A DNA stretch of 64,000 nucleotides, taken from Hemiscyllium ocellatum (Eukaryota). Shown here in pieces: positions 62,700 through 64,000 of this stretch. The notes below the pieces were generated by a model. That model made no database searches, was not told the origin of the DNA, and saw only the letters and a list, made by a program, of their open reading frames with translations. The DNA is taken from contig NC_083427.1 of NCBI RefSeq assembly GCF_020745735.1, positions 3,565,438 to 3,629,437 of the forward strand. Direction: 5' to 3'. Numbering within the stretch: the first letter of the stretch is position 1; the number at the start of each line of letters is the position of its first letter. The position numbers were made by a program, and so were the translations under genes.

Positions 62700-64000
62700 T
62701 ACAGACCTTCATGACCCTACGTTGGTAGAGTTCATATAACTTAAAACAGTACAGCACAAGAACAGGCCCTTCAAACGACAATGTTGTATCGAAAATAGTA
62801 TCATAGAATAGAATCATAGAATCCTCACATTGTGGAAACTGGCCAGTCTGCCCAACAAGTCTACAACAAAACTCCGAACAGCACCCCAACAAGAGTCTGA
62901 CTCTTGTCCTCAATTCCTCATCTAATCGAGACAACCATGCCACATGCCTTTTATAACACCCTATCTACTTGCGTGGCCACTATTGATTTGAACTGCAAGA
63001 TCATTCTTTACTTTAATGCTGATCAGACTCTTGCCATTGATTGTACAATTCTCCTTCATACTTGATCTCCCTCACACTTACCCGGATATAACTCCATCTG
63101 CCAATGCTATGCCAACAACTCCTATGCTCCTGTAACCCGCTGTATCCTTTGACAGCCTTCTAGCCCATCCACAACTTCACCAATCTTTTTATCATCTGTA
63201 AACTTACTCACCCCCTATCTTCATTTTTATGCAGGTCATTTATGTATATTACAACAGGAGAGGTCCCAGTTCAATTCCCTACAGAACACCACTTGTCAGG
63301 ATCTTCAGCCAGAAAAACAAATTTCCATCACTTCCCTCGGCCATCAACGGTCAAACCAATTCTGAACCCAAGCGGATTACATGCAACTTAATCTTATGGA
63401 TGAGTCTATTATGAGGGAGCCTATCAAAAGCCTATCCATGCATGCAGCATTCAATGTTGCACCCTCCTGGATCGACTTTGTCACCTCCTCAAAAAATTCA
63501 ATCTTGTTATGAAATCACAACCAGACCTGCACAACTCCATGCTGACTCTCCCTAATTAGGCAATGTTTTTACAAATGTGCATAGATCCTACTCCTAAGAA
63601 TACCATATTGTAGATTCCCAATCACGGATGTGAGACTTATCTGTTTATGCTTTCCTCAATTATGCATATTTACCTCAGACCACAAGCTCATACAACATAG
63701 GAACAGAAATGTCGGCCATTCAGCCCATCGAGTCTGATCCGCCATTCAATCATTGGCTGATATGCTTATCAACCCCAAATGTCCTGCTGTCTCCTGGAAC
63801 CTTTGATCCACTTTGCAATCAAGAATCATTCTATCTGTGCCTTACATGCACTCACTGATCTGACATCCAGAGCTTTCTGTGAAAGTGATTTCCATAGATT
63901 CGTCAATCCCTGGCTGAAGTTTGTCCTTACATCCGTTCTAAAAGGTCTTTCCTTTATTCTAGGGCTGTGCCCTGGGGTCCTCGACTCTCCTACAAATGGA
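62700..64000 (-). mobile_element. CR1 LINE fragments (at least two 3' pieces)
   Basis: SKFTDDKKIG-like motif near 63190-63205, CATAGAAT-type terminal repeats at 62800-62825, and a 3' end at 63690-64000 resembling 710-1000. Confidence 0.8.

Noticed and set aside
209-63414. Most remaining short ORFs in the track
   Set aside because: They are antisense or alternative frames of LINE/SINE/PLE remnants, of Ig exons, or of microsatellites (e.g. the IYLS repeats from GATA).
1-64000. CRISPR arrays, rRNA or genuine tRNA genes
   Set aside because: Vertebrate DNA; the tRNA-like boxes belong to SINE heads, and no spacer-repeat array or rRNA sequence was seen.

Overview
AT-rich, repeat-laden DNA from a cartilaginous fish. 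The VNAR framework suggests a carpet shark (Orectolobiformes), which is an inference. The window holds one nearly complete IgNAR (heavy-chain-only antibody) cluster on the minus strand: octamer/TATA promoter (~46240-46272), leader (46103-46145), V (45702-45976), a D-J element (45367-45434), C1-C5, secretory tail and TM1 exon (23851-24008). All identified exons are open and have GT-AG splice sites; the short TM2 exon was not found. The rearranging part is unusual. Only two RSS remain, a 22-bp-spacer RSS after V and a 12-bp-spacer RSS before a fused D-J, 267 bp apart. V ends in an extra D-like C-D-D. The cluster therefore looks germline pre-joined at both ends, leaving one somatic junction and a CDR3 with two fixed cysteines. 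The J-C1 intron contains what may be a decayed CH1-like plus second Ig C domain relic. Flanks carry two decayed P2Y-like GPCR pseudogenes, a Gmr1-like Gypsy remnant, Penelope-like elements with hammerhead motifs (one just upstream of the V promoter), many CR1 LINE fragments, V-SINE/HE1-like SINEs and a (GATA)19 microsatellite. Family assignments come from motif recognition by eye; no searches were run, and repeat boundaries are approximate.
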